Under the pieces are notes generated by a model. That model did not search any database. It was not told the origin of the DNA and saw nothing but the letters and a program-made list of their open reading frames with translations. A stretch of DNA of 60,807 bases from Catajapyx aquilonaris (Eukaryota). The stretch covers positions 1 through 60,807 of the forward strand of contig JYFJ02002225.1 in assembly GCA_000934665.2 (NCBI GenBank). Reading direction: 5' to 3'. The position numbers and the translations under genes are program-made. Shown piece after piece: positions 40,601 to 54,400 of this stretch. The first letter of the stretch is position 1, and every line of letters starts with the position of its first letter.

Positions 40601-43600
40601 GTCCTTATTTTTAAATAAATTTTGGTGTTTTTTGTTTGAAGAAATAAATATTAGTTTTCGAGCTATGATCGATCTAAGATCATAATAATTATGTGGTATT
40701 AGGCGTATTCGGCAATTCAGGAATCTGACTTCCTGGGCTGTTTGGATGTTCGGCAAATCAGGTGCCACGCCCCCTGAAGTAAGTGCGCATGCGCCCTACC
40801 TGACTTCCCAAGCTCAGGAACTTAGTGTACTCCTGACCTGACTTACTTGCTGAGAAACAATTAACAAACAAATTATTGTTATGGATGCAGCAGTGTTGCC
40901 AATGCAAAATGCCCAAAAACCCCGCGAGAGGGCCTGAAAATACCCGATTTTACCCGCATTTTCATTTTACCCGCACCAATACCCGCAAGCGTCCGAACTA
41001 CGGCACCGAAATACCCGAACATTGGCATATCACTGGGATGCAGCACAGGCGGGTAGGGGGGTCTCTCAGTTCGGCCGTTCGGCAATAATCTTCTGAGGGG
41101 CAGGGCTAACAACTCAGATATCACGTGACACATCTCAGAAAAATCTGAATTGCCGAATACGCCTATTGTATCGCCCTCTGACGTCACTCATGTCAAAAAT
41201 ATAAACATGCAGAGGCAGGAATGCACCCGGGTTGCCTAACAACGGCCACACCCCGAGTTTTTCCTGCCATGCAGAGGCAGGAATGGATCCCGGTTGCTTT
41301 GTTCCTTTGTGTGTTGCCTAACTACAGAATCGTACAACCGCAAGTAAATCCGAATCGAACAGGACCGCCAGTAAATAAGCTGAATCGAACGACCGCGAGG
41401 CAACGGCCTTCTGATGCCACTTGGGTCAGAGGCCGTACCTCCGTTTTTCCCTGCCAATTTGCGAGTGACTTTTAAACCCCTGATACTATACCGAGGAATG
41501 GCATTTTGGGGCAGAAGAGTGGTGGGATACGTGTTTATATGTATCGTTGAGCTGTTCGTGGACAAATTACCCAAATCCCAGGCCAAGGCTAGGACTCCAT
41601 TGTATGCCTTGGGCAAGATTCTTGCAAACACACACAGAAAGTATGTGCCATTTACTTGGCCTAAAGCTTGGCTTCTGTTACTTAAAAATTCATTAGCTGC
41701 AAATTTGTTCACCACCCTAGATAGGCAGAATAAACCAGCATTTAAGTAAATGTACACAGTGATAAAGTGTGGGACTTTGTTTAATTGCTGCCAATATCTG
41801 TAGTTGGAGAGAGAAAAATCTAAATTATGAGAGAGCTTATTAATTTGCAAGGCCAGGAAGATGTGCAAGGTTGGTATTGCAAGGATCACTTTAATTTTTT
41901 CGACAATAGCAAAGCCCCTCTGTTAATTTTTACATTTTGTTAAATACTGGCACACAAAATTCCTCTGATCCTCTGCTAATTGGAACTAAACTCATTTATT
42001 TATAACTGAATATCATTTGTGAAATGATTGTCCAGTTGTTTCTCATGTAATATGGGTTAGACCATGCACCACCATTATGGATAATATTGTACACAACTTC
42101 TGTGTGAATCGCAGTTGCAGCAAAAACTTGCTAAGGCAGTTCAATAGGTCAGAAACTCGGACACTAGGAAGTGAAATCAAATTCCCTTGCATGTCTGAAA
42201 ATATATTGCAAAAATGTAAATGCATGCATGTGACTTCTACTGAACAGATACATAACTTAGTTTGTGCCACTAGTGGCCAGTACAGGTTTGGAGGAGACAA
42301 ACTTTTCCAGACTAAATATTTTCATATGTATGGGACCCTTAAGAGGGCCGGGTCATTAGGTTTCCCGCCACTTTCTAGGCGGGAGCGAGCTGAAAACGGG
42401 CGCGCTGACTCGTCTTCGTTCGACGAATCCCGGCGCGCTGTTTGAAATACGGACACGCGGTTTTTTGCATCGTCAGGAGAAAGAGCTGGCACTTCTTCCG
42501 GTCATGGAACGGTTCTAATCGGCCAATAAGTAATCGATCGGCAATGGGAAACACATTTTGGAATTGACGTCACAGGGGCGTCGCAACGGAGCCGGTCATT
42601 TGAATTTGGCAAATTGGAATGTACGACCCTACCGTTTATCTCCGTGCTGACCCATTTTGGAGCCATTTGGGCAGTTTTCATGATAAAACTGGGCAAAACT
42701 AGACCCCCTCCATGACCCCCGAAACCAGGTAGCCGATCGGAGGTAGAACGGCAACAGTGTGTGTTACTATAGGTTTGATAGGTGTTGTACTATAGGTGTT
42801 GATTACATTTGGTTGTTAAGGGGATGGAGCCTAAAGGCCATTTCACAAAAAAAATGTTTGTTGGCAACAATAAATATAAATAAAAATTTGCCGCAAGTCG
42901 CGCCGTTTGCCGCGCAACATTTTTTTTGTGAAATGGCCTTAAGGTAGATCACAATCATGGGCTAATAATGATGTGCTTCCACCTGACGGTAGTGACACTC
43001 ATTACAGAAACAACCCATTGTCTATTGTTCCATCCCCTTAACAACCAAATGTAATGAACAAACTTTTCCTATAGTAACACACGCTGTTGCCGTTCTACCT
43101 CCGATCGGCAGACCTGGTTTCGGGGGCCGTGGGGGGGGTCTAGTTTTTCCCAGTTTTACGCCATGAAAACTGCCCAAATGGCTCCAAAATGGGTCATCAG
43201 CATGGAGATAAACGGTAGGGTCGTACATTCCAATTCGCCAAATTCAAATGACCTGCTCCGTTGCGACGCCCCTGTGACGTCAATTCCAAAATGGGTTTCC
43301 CATTGCCGATCGATTAGAACCGTTCCATGACCGGAAGAAGCGCCAGCTCTTTCTCCAGAGGATGCAAAAAACCGCGTGTCCGTATCTCAAACAGCGCGCC
43401 AGGATTCGTCGAACGAAGACGAGTCAGCGCGCCCGATTTCGGCTCGCTGCCGCCTAAAATGTGGCGGGAAACGTAATGACCCTCTTAAGATTAATCTAAT
43501 TTGGGTTTCACTGCTTCGTCGATTGGGTGATTATTTTTGGCCTGCTGTGAGACGTCTTTAAACAGCAATTTTTCTGTCAATTTAATTTCCCCACTTGATC

Positions 43601-46600
43601 ATCTAGTGTGGGAACAAGTTTAAATATGTATTCATGCCATGTTTCCAGTGCTGTGGTATATTTTTTACTTCAGAGTGATCCCCATGTGCACTTTAAAATG
43701 TTTGCCATTGTTTAATTAACTGATTTACTGTGTATGTTGCTGGTGTCATATTAATTTATTTTTATTCTTTAGTGCTGGAGAACCATGGCAGTGGAAGTCC
43801 TGTCTCCTACGCACCACCCCCTACCTCCACCACCATATCTGTCTCACAACCTCCCATACCTACTTCCACAGCACCCACCACCTTCTCCCAGAGTCACAGT
43901 GAGCTGAGTCTTTCAGAGCTCCCAGAACCCCCCATCCCAGTATCAGAAATTGGGCCCATACCGCCACCACCAATGTTCAGTTCCCCATCACCAACTCCAT
44001 CTGCTAGAGCCATGCAGCAGCAGCAGCAACAACACCACCAACAGCAACATCTTCAGTATCATGGGCAGCAGCAACTCCATCCACATATGGAGCATCACCA
44101 GTATCAGGAGTATCACCCTCAGCAGCTAATGAATCATCATGGGAGTGGAGTGCAGGATTCCATACCCTTCGATCTCTCGGACTGCCAGGATGATGGTATG
44201 TCCCACTTGCCGACAGGGTAGCCAACTTACAAGGTGGATTCATTCAAGGCATTGATAATTTTCTGTTGGGGATGCATAGAGTAAGTGCTTCAGTAAGTTG
44301 CTGTCTACTTTATATTACTTGTGCGGCCAACCTAACATTGCTGGGGTACACAGAGCAAGTGGTAAGCTTTACACCCGAATTGAGAGTTGAAATATGGTTC
44401 GACTTCTGATTGGAATGTTTGGCAATTTGCATCCACAAGTTAAATAAGCATATAATAAGTCGTGTCTACCTTTCTTTTTTTCCTTTTGTATCAACTTGTT
44501 GTTTTATTATAGTCAGAATCATCTGCCAGCATCGTGATTTTCTCTTTCATTTCAAACTGATTGCAAATGACATATTATGCATGTGCAACTGTGTGATGTT
44601 CCATGAAGTAAAACATTATTCACTCTGTTTGTCATTCACAGATGAGGATGATATTGGCCTGGCAACAGACCTCCTAGAAGGTGATGTGGATGCAGATGAC
44701 GAGGAGGATGAGCGCTTCATGGACCACTTCATGGACCGTGGATCGCCCTATCACCAGCCACAGTCTGGTTCTTATTCAACTGCTTACTATGACACCACCC
44801 GCATAGAGGAGATACCAGCCAAGGAACCCAAGTTCAATGCGATGCCTGCCAAGTCAGCTCTTAAGAAGAAGGGGGCTGGGGGAGGAACTAACAGTGGTCA
44901 GGGGACACCTACACAGACCCCAACACAGGAGAGTAAACCTTTTCCAGCCAGTCAAGAGCATCCGCAAGCCAAGTGAGTAGCGCTGAAGTGACTTTGTGTG
45001 GTGAAGCTGAGCTTGTGTGACCATCAGCTTTAGCACTCAAAGTTTTGAAAAATACATTGCTTAAGCTTTATCCAAATGCAGAAAGCTGAAGGTTGATGTT
45101 GGGCTGTGAGGCATTTTCTTGGAGTAGACTTTCAAAACGTGTGGGCAGATGGGTTTGATGGGAATTATTCCTTGTAGACTTTCTTTGGGGGACAGTTTTG
45201 TTAATTTGAGGTACCACAAGAAACTGGGATATTTTGAAAATATTTCTCGTGCTATGAAGCATTAATGCTAGTAATTTAAAAGTAGTAATAGGTTTCATAG
45301 CATATCAGCATTTGAGGCCATAGGCCTGTATTCTTGACTTCTAACTTTAAAATTGTGTTTGCCAGAAGGTTGCTGCTGCATTTCTCACACACAGATTGAT
45401 ACACGTTGTTGTAGAATTATTAAATATTAAATGTGTGCTCTAAACGTTTGCAATATGCAAGATATACTGGCAAAAATGTAGACCAAAATCTGTGCAAACG
45501 TGTCCTAAATACTCTTGCTACGGTAAACCATGAATACCAAAATAATATCTGCATGAAGTAGTAATTGAGTTGCATAAACGAAGGAGTACACTTGCATGAG
45601 CTGTTGCTCCACAGGGACATCAAACAGAAGGTATGTCTTATCAGGAGGGGGAAAATCTGGTCAACAATATAAATATTTATGTCTTGGCACATTAAAGAAA
45701 GAACATGAGTACAGAATATGATGGAGACTGAAATAGCCGGGAAGGTAGCATAGCATGCATTCCACTGACAGGTCCATGTGAAACTTATACACTTGTATCC
45801 ATAGGTAAAGGGGATTCATTGCACAGGTTAGCCAGTAGTCTACTGATCTGTATCAGCAAATTAAATGAAAAATAAGTTTCGCACCAGGGGGAGTTTTGCG
45901 TTGCCGTGTAGTTATTTTCCACAGATAATATTATAGCCCATGCATTTGGCATCAAGGAAGCAGTGTTGAATTTGTTAACCGTATTTTGGTATTGACATTT
46001 TTAATGGCATGACTTATTTACCCCCCTCCCCCTCCCCCCAACTTGTTTCCTTGTAGAAGGCCACCTTTGAGGCCACGGATAAGATTCAGGTAATATTTTA
46101 AAAGTAGACCATTTCTTGGTGTAACAAAGAACACCCTTCCCGTTCTCCATGCATGAATAACAAGCTGTCAGTTGCATGAGATGTAGAGTGCATTAGATGC
46201 AAGGTTAACTTGCAGAGACAGCTCAACACAGCTACCAAAAGTGTGAAGTTTTATTTATCATTCTAAAATGTCAATTTAATTTGATTCAGCATTACGGTCT
46301 TTCGTAAACCCGCAGCAACTTCACAAATACATGGAAATATAGAAAGAAATTGAAAATCACTTGGGCCCTCCAGTATTCTCGACCTTCCTGCATGTGGGAA
46401 AGTAATTTGAAGAATCAAAAACAGCATGTTTTTCCATTGAGGGGCCAAAAATGGTATATTATAGCCGAGGTAAGGTGAAAATGAGTCTGTTATATCAGGA
46501 GTAAAAATACACAGGGCCTTATGGAAGTATGGTGGGATCGGCCTTTTGAGTTTGTTATAACCAAAAGTCCATTATATCCGAGGCTGTTATATCCGGAGTC

Positions 46601-49600
46601 AACTGTACTTACAAGAAGTCAATTCTGTATGTAGTTGACAGTGAGGGGCAAGTAGGTTCCAGAAAAGAAGTGCACTTATTTTTCACTTGTCCTGGATTGA
46701 ATGACATTTTTATGCACTGATTTTCCAAACTCAGTGTATGCTTATAATTTTGAAGTTAATGCTGTGCACAATAGAGCATATGCATGCCGATGATTTGTCT
46801 TATTTTCACACACTTTTAGTAGCAGTTAACCCAGTCCTCTTGCACCTGCTTCCCAAAACCTTCCACTCTTACCCAACTTCTCAGACACAATGAGTGTGTG
46901 TGTGTGTTTGCATAGAACGTATGACCGGTGGAAGAGATGGACTAATGTGGAAATAATGTGACCTCTCCCTCCCTCTCTCACCCGTCCGTCCCACCCACTA
47001 TAAACACCCTCTCTCTTTGGGTTTTGGGTTTCACACGGGACAGATTTACAGAGAGTCTCTCGTGTCTTCACAACACCCACAGCAACCGTCCAGTGCGATT
47101 TGGAGCGTCCCAGCCATTGTCCAGTGAGAACAAGGAGAATGCAAGGCCACCTGTGATTGTTATTCGAGAAGATGCAGACAGTGATGAGAGTGATGGTCCA
47201 GTTCTCTACAGGGATTCCGATGATAACATGGATGAGGAGAGTGAGTCCAATTTTGAAATCAGAGGGCATTACTTTGGGACTCCTTTTGGTGTTGTAGTTA
47301 AATGAATGCGACTCTTACTCTTGGTGTTTTTAACCCATGTAATTGTCCCTTGACTTTTGAGATACCTTCCTTTGAAATACCCATCTTGTTTTGACTAACA
47401 GTCGGACTCAGGGGCTTGGCTTGTGGTCTCGTAAGTTAAAATACTTGGGACTTTATAAGAATGCATTGAACATTCTGGGACTATATGAGCTGGAAGTTGA
47501 GAAAGAAGTGTGGTGCAGAAAACTGAGTTCTGAGAATTTCAGAATGATGTAGGGACTATATATTAGGAACTGAAATTCTTCCTCTGTAGCATTTAATGTG
47601 TGTGTGTAGATGTGTTCTTTTACTGACGCTATTAATTATTTAGTGCGGGAAGGTTCTGGCAAGTATATTTCTGTACATTTCCATGTGAACATGTTCCACT
47701 GTTAATATTTGAGGCCTGGATATATCTGGACAAATCAACTGGTAACAATGGTGGGCAGTCATCTTATACACAGTGTGGGAGGGAATTTCAAGCACTGAAA
47801 TGTCATATGCTATGGAATTCTAGTGAGCTGTACAGCTAAGGAAAGGGGACAAGGAAGGCAACTAGCTTAGTAAAATGGAAATCCCAAGTTGAGGCAATTT
47901 TGACACTTTCAGCATGCTGTTACCCATGACCCTCTGCACACTGCGTTGGGCAGCTAACCCAAGCAGGTGGGCTTGCCTGTCCAGATTCTATGTCGTTTTT
48001 GGCCTCTTTCTTTGTGGGTTACGTTTGCCTGGTCCATTTCTTTTGCATGATTATTAATGTGCACCTTTAGTGAAACTGGCACGGAGTAGGTCTTTAATGC
48101 CTCTTTCTTCCTCATATGCAGTAAGACAGCTTCGGATTGTTGGGGAAATGTTCAGAAGGTTGATTGTGCAACTGGGACATTATGTCTGCAATAGTGGAAT
48201 TGGAACTTGGGTACTGATGTCAGTACAGCAACAGTGACTCAACAGTGAAACTTAGCAATTAAAGTCTTGAGGCATCAGGACTAAAATTCAATTGCTGGGC
48301 CTATACAGAGAGCTTAAGAAATCTAAATAGGAGGCATTCTCCTGTAAATTGTATCCTGCTTATGGACTTCTAAATATGGTTGATTGTATTTGTATAGCCA
48401 AGATGCGATAATCAGATAATCCTTCATGCCACATTTTGTGTACATGTTGAGAAAGGTTATTCAGAAATCTGTGGAAATGTTATCTTTTTGCAGCATGTCA
48501 ATTGAGCTCAATCCAGGAAAAACAATGCAAAGTAATGAGTTTGCTTAACAATTTCCAGTAAGTGTTGCAGTTACGATGTTGAGAAGACCTAGTTGATTAC
48601 CTTCTACATGCTGGTGTTAGTAGGCCAGAATCGATGATTAGGTGTAACATAGTGACTATAAACAGTTTATGAGAACATAATCAGGATTACCTGGGGGTAC
48701 TATCAACCTTCTTGTGACTTTCCATGTCAGGGTTCCCATAAGTCTGCAATATATTGGAAATCAGACATGAGAACCCTGAATAGAAGGAAACTCGTGTATA
48801 TTTTTACAGCTCAGTGTAGTTTTTTGACATTCCTTTATTTATTCTTAAGGCCGGCTAGCAGCAAAGATAGCTCGGAAGGACAGCCTTGCCCTGAAGCTGA
48901 TGCTGAGGCCCAACAGGCAAGAACTCATAGACCGCAACATAATCCATATCGAGACTGAGAAGGAGAGGCAGGAGAGCAAGGAGGCTGTTGGAGCAAGGCT
49001 TATCAGGTGCAGATCAATTGATTATTATAATTATTATTATTATTAGATGGGGACATTTGATGTAATCTTGCATTTTTTTTGTTCAAAGGCGATTGAGTAT
49101 GAGGCCAACTCAAGAGGAGCTTGAAGAAAGGAACATACTCAAAAGTAAGTGTCTTGCCATATTCCTTGCATATAAATAAAATATTTTTAAAATTGTCGTG
49201 TTTAAATGGTGACAATTTTGCTTAAGTTTGTGTACTTGTGAAGATATGGAATTAATTTTTTAACTTATTCTTAGAGCATAGTCCAGCAGAGGAGAAGAAG
49301 CAGAAGGAAGAAAAGAAACGGATGCTTCTTAGGAAATTGAGCTTTAGACCTACCGTTGAAGAGCTTAAAGAAAAGAAGGTGAGCCCACCATCATACATGG
49401 TTTTGCCGTCTAAATGTCTTTCTAATGATGTCAGAGCTCTGTATAATACAATTTACAGTCTGAGTATTTGCCCATTGAATTTCTTATAACTTCCACAGAT
49501 TATTCGCTTTAATGACTACATAGAGGTAACTGAGGCTCATGATTACGACCGTAAGGCAGACAAGCCTTGGACTCGCCTAACTCCGAGGGACAAGGCAGCA

Positions 49601-49777
49601 ATCAGGAAGGAGCTCAATGAATTCAAGAGCACAGAGATGGAGGTTCATGAGGACAGCAGGCATCTCACAAGGTTTGGGATCCTTTACTCTGTATTTGATG
49701 TTGCAATGCTTCAGCGTTGTAAGGACTCATTGTCTGACGATTCTTGTTTGTCAAAATGCAGGTTCCATCGGCCCTGA
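34663..49777 (+). CDS. Phactr: Phosphatase and actin regulator (RPEL-repeat PP1 cofactor)
   Basis: Exons 34663-34885, 37381-37542, 37619-37714, 37989-38303, 38815-39225, 43773-44195, 44642-44972, 46057-46089, 47044-47240, 48850-49006, 49089-49144, 49275-49378, 49499-49671, 49762-49777. Motifs: [20 protein letters not shown]-terminal [24 protein letters not shown]; triple RPEL ([37 protein letters not shown]); PP1-binding [47 protein letters not shown]. The first exon and low-complexity middle exons are less certain. Confidence 0.92.
40702..41163. mobile_element. TIR element (MITE) in a Phactr intron
   Basis: TIR GGCGTATTCGGCAATTCAG ... CTGAATTGCCGAATACGCC. Confidence 0.75.
40891..41035. mobile_element. 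145-bp hAT-type MITE nested in the previous element
   Basis: CAGTGTTGCCAA ... TTGGCATATCACTG; perfect 8-bp TSD GGATGCAG (40883-40890, 41036-41043); multiple internal TACCCG repeats. Confidence 0.8.
42343..43484. mobile_element. Large foldback element with long inverted arms and TTAA TSD (Kolobok-like termini)
   Basis: TTAA-GAGGG ... CCCTC-TTAA; arms about 42343-42830 versus 43026-43484 are strongly reverse-complementary. A smaller palindromic element (AGGCCATTTCACAAAAAAAATG ... CATTTTTTTTGTGAAATGGCCT, 42835-42939) sits in the spacer. Confidence 0.8.
46455..46605. mobile_element. One end of a pogo/Tigger-like MITE
   Basis: Repeated TTATATCCG motifs ending ...TTATATCCGGAGTCAACTG-TA; matching left terminus not found. 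Confidence 0.45.
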
Positions 49778-51177
49778 CAATTACGGGGTGTGTGTCCTCC
49801 TGCAGTGGACTTGATTTCTAACCTGTGGACATTCACAGTGCAATGGAGGGCACATTGGCTCCATCTTAGTCTCTTATTTTTGTGGGGACATCTGGAGGTG
49901 TCGTCATTTTGTGTAAACTAGGATTTTGGCCTGGATTTGTTCGGTTACAATTAGTTGTGGAGGGAGTTGATCCTGTCGTGGGTATGTAAAGTGCAACCGT
50001 GAATTTTATTTTCATAATTTTGTCAAACTGGTTTTTCTTCTCTCTGGATTGAGAGACCTGAGCCTTGACTTGAACTTTTTAAATCATTATTATTATTAAA
50101 TTTTTTTTACAAATTTTCAAAGGTGGAATGTACAGTTGCTCAAGCTTTTCGTCGCAAGGATATGCAATACTTTTTTGTCAGTTCTATTCTTTCACAATTA
50201 GGTCCTCCCTGCAGTTTTTTTTTTAGAAAGCAGATCAAGACATGGTAAAAAAATATTTGAATGTTAGCGGCGTATTTTTCCATAATTTTTTGTGGATGGT
50301 AGCAACCTGTGTACTTGGTATTTTCTTTCCCTCTTGGGGACAGTGCCTGTTAGGGGTGTATTTTGTCATTGTGGCCATTCTCATCATGGCATATTTTGTG
50401 GAATGTCTGGTCCATATGTAAATATCAGTATTTGCCAACTTAGGATGCTGTTGTGACAGTTCATGTGTCTTTCCCTGTGCCCACCATCCTCACCCCTTCC
50501 CAATACACATACAGCACCAGCCATTTTCTGCGTCTTCGCCTTAAGTACCATAGCATTTTCTATCAACTGGTTAGTTTTGGAACTGTGGCTTATTTAAGGA
50601 AAGGAAATAGAGCCAGAACGAGAGAATGAACAAATGGGTCCCAGGCACTTGATCTCTTGTTGTATAGGCAGCAGCTCAAGGGTAATTCCAGTATTCTTCT
50701 ACTTAAGATGTATCAATGCCTTTATATGTAATGATGAAATTCAGAGTTTTTTGACAGTTAAAAGATGGCATTGATTGGAAGAACAACTAACAGCAGTGCA
50801 ATACAAATAAGTTGCCTTCTTGTCTTGGTTTGTGCCAACAAATGGTAGTAACATTGGAGTTCAAACCATGCTAATCCGAGTGGAATTAAGCAGTGGTCAG
50901 CACAATTATTATTCTGGTTGAGAATTTACATAGTGATGGAGTTGGTTTTTACGAAGTGAGATAACATGGTTTACAATTAAACTCCTGTCCAGATTGACTG
51001 CCAACGCACAGTTGGGAAGCCATTCTGAAGTTGTATGCCTGTATGTTGCAATACTGTGTGTACAGTGCTACAAGAGGATGGTACACTACCTAAGTTGACA
51101 ACAATGAGGCAGGGAAATAAGTGATGGATGACTCAGTCAAGTCACAAGTATACAGGCCAATCTCATGTTGGGATTTA

Positions 51178-51433
51178 GGGCCGGTTTCACCGAGCTTGGT
51201 ATATGATAAAACCAGGTTTCTTTAGGAAAATCCATACAAATAGATAGGGATTTTGCGAAAGAACCCTGGTTTTATCATATACTGAGCTTGGTGAAACCGG
51301 CCCTTAGGGCTGGTTTCACCAAGCCCAGTTTTGATAAAAACCGCGGTTCTTTTGGAAAATCCCTGCAAATAGAATAGGGATTTTCCAAAAGAACCAGGGT
51401 TTTTATCAAAACTGGGCTTGGTGAACCCGGCCC
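51178..51433. mobile_element. Two tandem palindromic Tourist/Harbinger-like MITEs
   Basis: TTA-[GGGCCGGTTTCACC...GGTGAAACCGGCCC, 51178-51303]-TTA-[GGGCTGGTTTCACC...GGTGAACCCGGCCC, 51307-51433]-TTA. Confidence 0.85.
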
Positions 51434-54400
51434 TTATATTACCAGTGGGACTGCACTTGCAAGGCTGGGTGGAGTAACCCACCAGGTTTTATGCAAACTT
51501 ATTGTTGTTTGTTATCTTATGGAGTGTGTACCACCCCACTGTAGGTGTACTGCAAATCTTTTTTTCTCATTTTACATTTTTGGTGTCAACATGAGTAATC
51601 TTGCACTTCCTGACTAATTACTTGCCAAGATGTTAGCCAAATTGACTTGCAAATGAACCTGTGATACCCAACTTGTCCACGTGTGTGCTATAAATTGGTG
51701 ACACGCTCACTTTATGTCAATATCCAGGGGGTTTAAGGGTGCCTTGGTGGTGTAATGGTTAGTAGAACAGCTTTTTCGAATGAGAAGTGACTACAAATGA
51801 TGATAAGATCCTTATACCAATAAGAAACATTACTTAATTGTTTGGCAATGTAATACGCTGAGCTTTTTAGTCCATCTGTTTGTTGAAAAGAACACTTTCT
51901 AAAACTGGTGATTTCTCATATATGAATGCACAATGTGGCTATCCCTCACATGGAATAATTCAGTGGCAAACTAGTAATGCATGCATGTTAACGCCATTAA
52001 CGTCAATTTTAGTGAATTAAATGCAACTCTAAAAATTGCACATTTTCTATTACTGTAAAAGATTAAGAAACTGTTTCAAAGGCTTCTAGCACTTGTGGCA
52101 ATCCTCAAGTTTGTTTGTTTGGGAAGGAACCAAAGCAATTGTGGCTCTCTGGCCATCGAGGTATTGCATCAGCCAATGGGAATGAGCCCAGCGGGTCTCT
52201 TAATCAATTCCATGCTTCTGCTATCTGCAAATAGGATCAACCCATGGCAAATAAGATAGAGCATCAATGCAGGATCTTAGCACCTTCTGTGGCCATTTGA
52301 AACTTGATGAAACTACAAATTTGCAGTTTTCGAACACTATTATCTCAGTTGGGGATCTAAGGCAAAAACTGAGTTGCGCTCTTATACACTGGTTCTTTTT
52401 CTTCACGTTGTCTCCAATGCAGCACACACATGTTCAACTAGTAAAGCAGCCTTGTAATCACTCCTTCCATAATCAGGTCCTCCCTATTTATATGTATGGC
52501 TGATACGTTCAAATGATTGTGGAAGTACAGGTGAAGGCATAAAAATAATACATGGAGGTGAAAAATTACTCTGATACAGTTGAGATGCCATCAATATTAC
52601 GCTTTTCCTGTGACAACATAACCACTGGCTTCCTTGACAAGTTAGCACAAGATTGCTTTATGTGCTTCCAAAATTGTGTCTCGCTGCTGACCAAGTAATG
52701 TAATGACCAATTCACACACAAATGCTAGTACTTAGGATAAACTTACTAACTGGAGTTAGCATGATCTGGACTTCATCAGTCCTACTTCTGCATTGACAAA
52801 AAATCCATTTGTAATCATACATTTGCACTGTCCCAGAAGTGAAATGGAGGCCAAGACTTGTCTCAAATGTGAGTCGCCAACGAATTCAACTCGCCTTCTT
52901 TTTTTTCACCCCAACCCCTGATCCTCCGACTCCCTGGTGTCTTGATGTAATTACGACAGTGAAGTGTCTGTGCCTTTACTGTACTAATGTGAGAGCTGAC
53001 TGAGCTCAAAAATTGAAATAATTTCAAGCCACCCAAAATATGAGTGTAACAGTGCAACATTAGGTCACAATGGAGGAGCAAGATGCCGGGCATTTTTTTG
53101 AAAAGAAAACGACATTAATGCCCCTATTTCTTCATTATTGATGTACCCATAAATCGTGCCAACACTTAGTGATTTGTTCCACTTTTGAACCCAACCCATG
53201 AGCATGATTATACTTGTTGTCGCTTACTCACTAGAAGGGCTGCTTCTGTGATCTCCCCTGTGTTTTATTTATGCTTTTATATATTTAAAAATTGTGTTGA
53301 GTGCAGGGAGGATAGTGGGTTGCTGTGTGTGTGGATGTTTGGTGTATTGACCTGCTTCTTTTATATAAAAAGAAAATTCAAATTGTGTTTGTAAAGAGAA
53401 GGATGTACTGTATGTGATGGCATTCGGAGTAGTACAGGGACCTTATGAAAGTAGCATTGCCAAAACCAACTCAAATTTTCGAGTGTGTGATATCAAGCCA
53501 ACTTGTGGCGAAGCTAGTTTTTTTCCGAGCTTTTTTCACCTGTACATAGTTTCAACATTTTTTAAAGAATTTATTACGGTAACGATTTTTAAAGAAAATC
53601 CTGCCTTGGACATAGCAATAGAGAACTCCTAGTTCAAAATGTACTTCCAATTTACGACCAATTTGGTTCCTTTGCCAGCGACTGGTGTATCATGCATTTC
53701 ACCCACTCGCATTAAGTTTTAATGGAAGGGCAAAATCATGCGCTCGCAATTAATGTGTCACAGCAAGTGATTGCAAATCCGCCAACTTTTGTACCATATT
53801 GTATTATAAATCCCCCCCAATTTTAGCATGCTTCTAAAACGACTTGAGGAAAGGCTTGGCGGTTGAGACTGGGTTCGGATGGATGGACCCAAATCAACCA
53901 AAAGCAGAGCCCTTCAGTGGGTCAGTGGCGACAATCTTAGCACAACCCTTGTACTGTATATAAAGTGGACTTTGTTTTATATTTTTTATCCCCTGTACAT
54001 ATTTTGACACTTCCCTCAATGTATGTGACAAAAGTGTTTCTCCCCACTTTTTTTTGGGTGTGGAGTATTGTGGAGGGAATGTGAAGAGTGAGTGAGTGAG
54101 GTCTGGGTTACATGCCAAGATGTAATTTGGACATTGTATTGGGGATATAAAAAGAAAGACCTTCTACATGCATATGGACACTTTTCATTTGTTACCAGAC
54201 AGAGTCTATGTTCCTCAGCATTATCCATCCCATGCAGCATTTCCAGGTCAGACTACATCCTGGAAAGTAGGTTGTTTGTAGGACAAGGAAACGGTTGCAT
54301 GCAAGCCAGGATGAAGAAGCTCCCACAAAGTAATAATAATTCGACTCTTTGCTATGTTGCGCTGTGTACTGTACTGTTACTACTGTACCGATATTTTATA

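Noticed and set aside
41236..41889. 217-aa minus-strand ORF in a Phactr intron
   Set aside because: Non-ATG start, no recognisable motif, and composition typical of non-coding DNA.
51178..51433. Repeat-spacer-like pattern as a CRISPR array
   Set aside because: Eukaryotic context, only two palindromic units with TTA duplications, and no cas genes; explained as MITEs.
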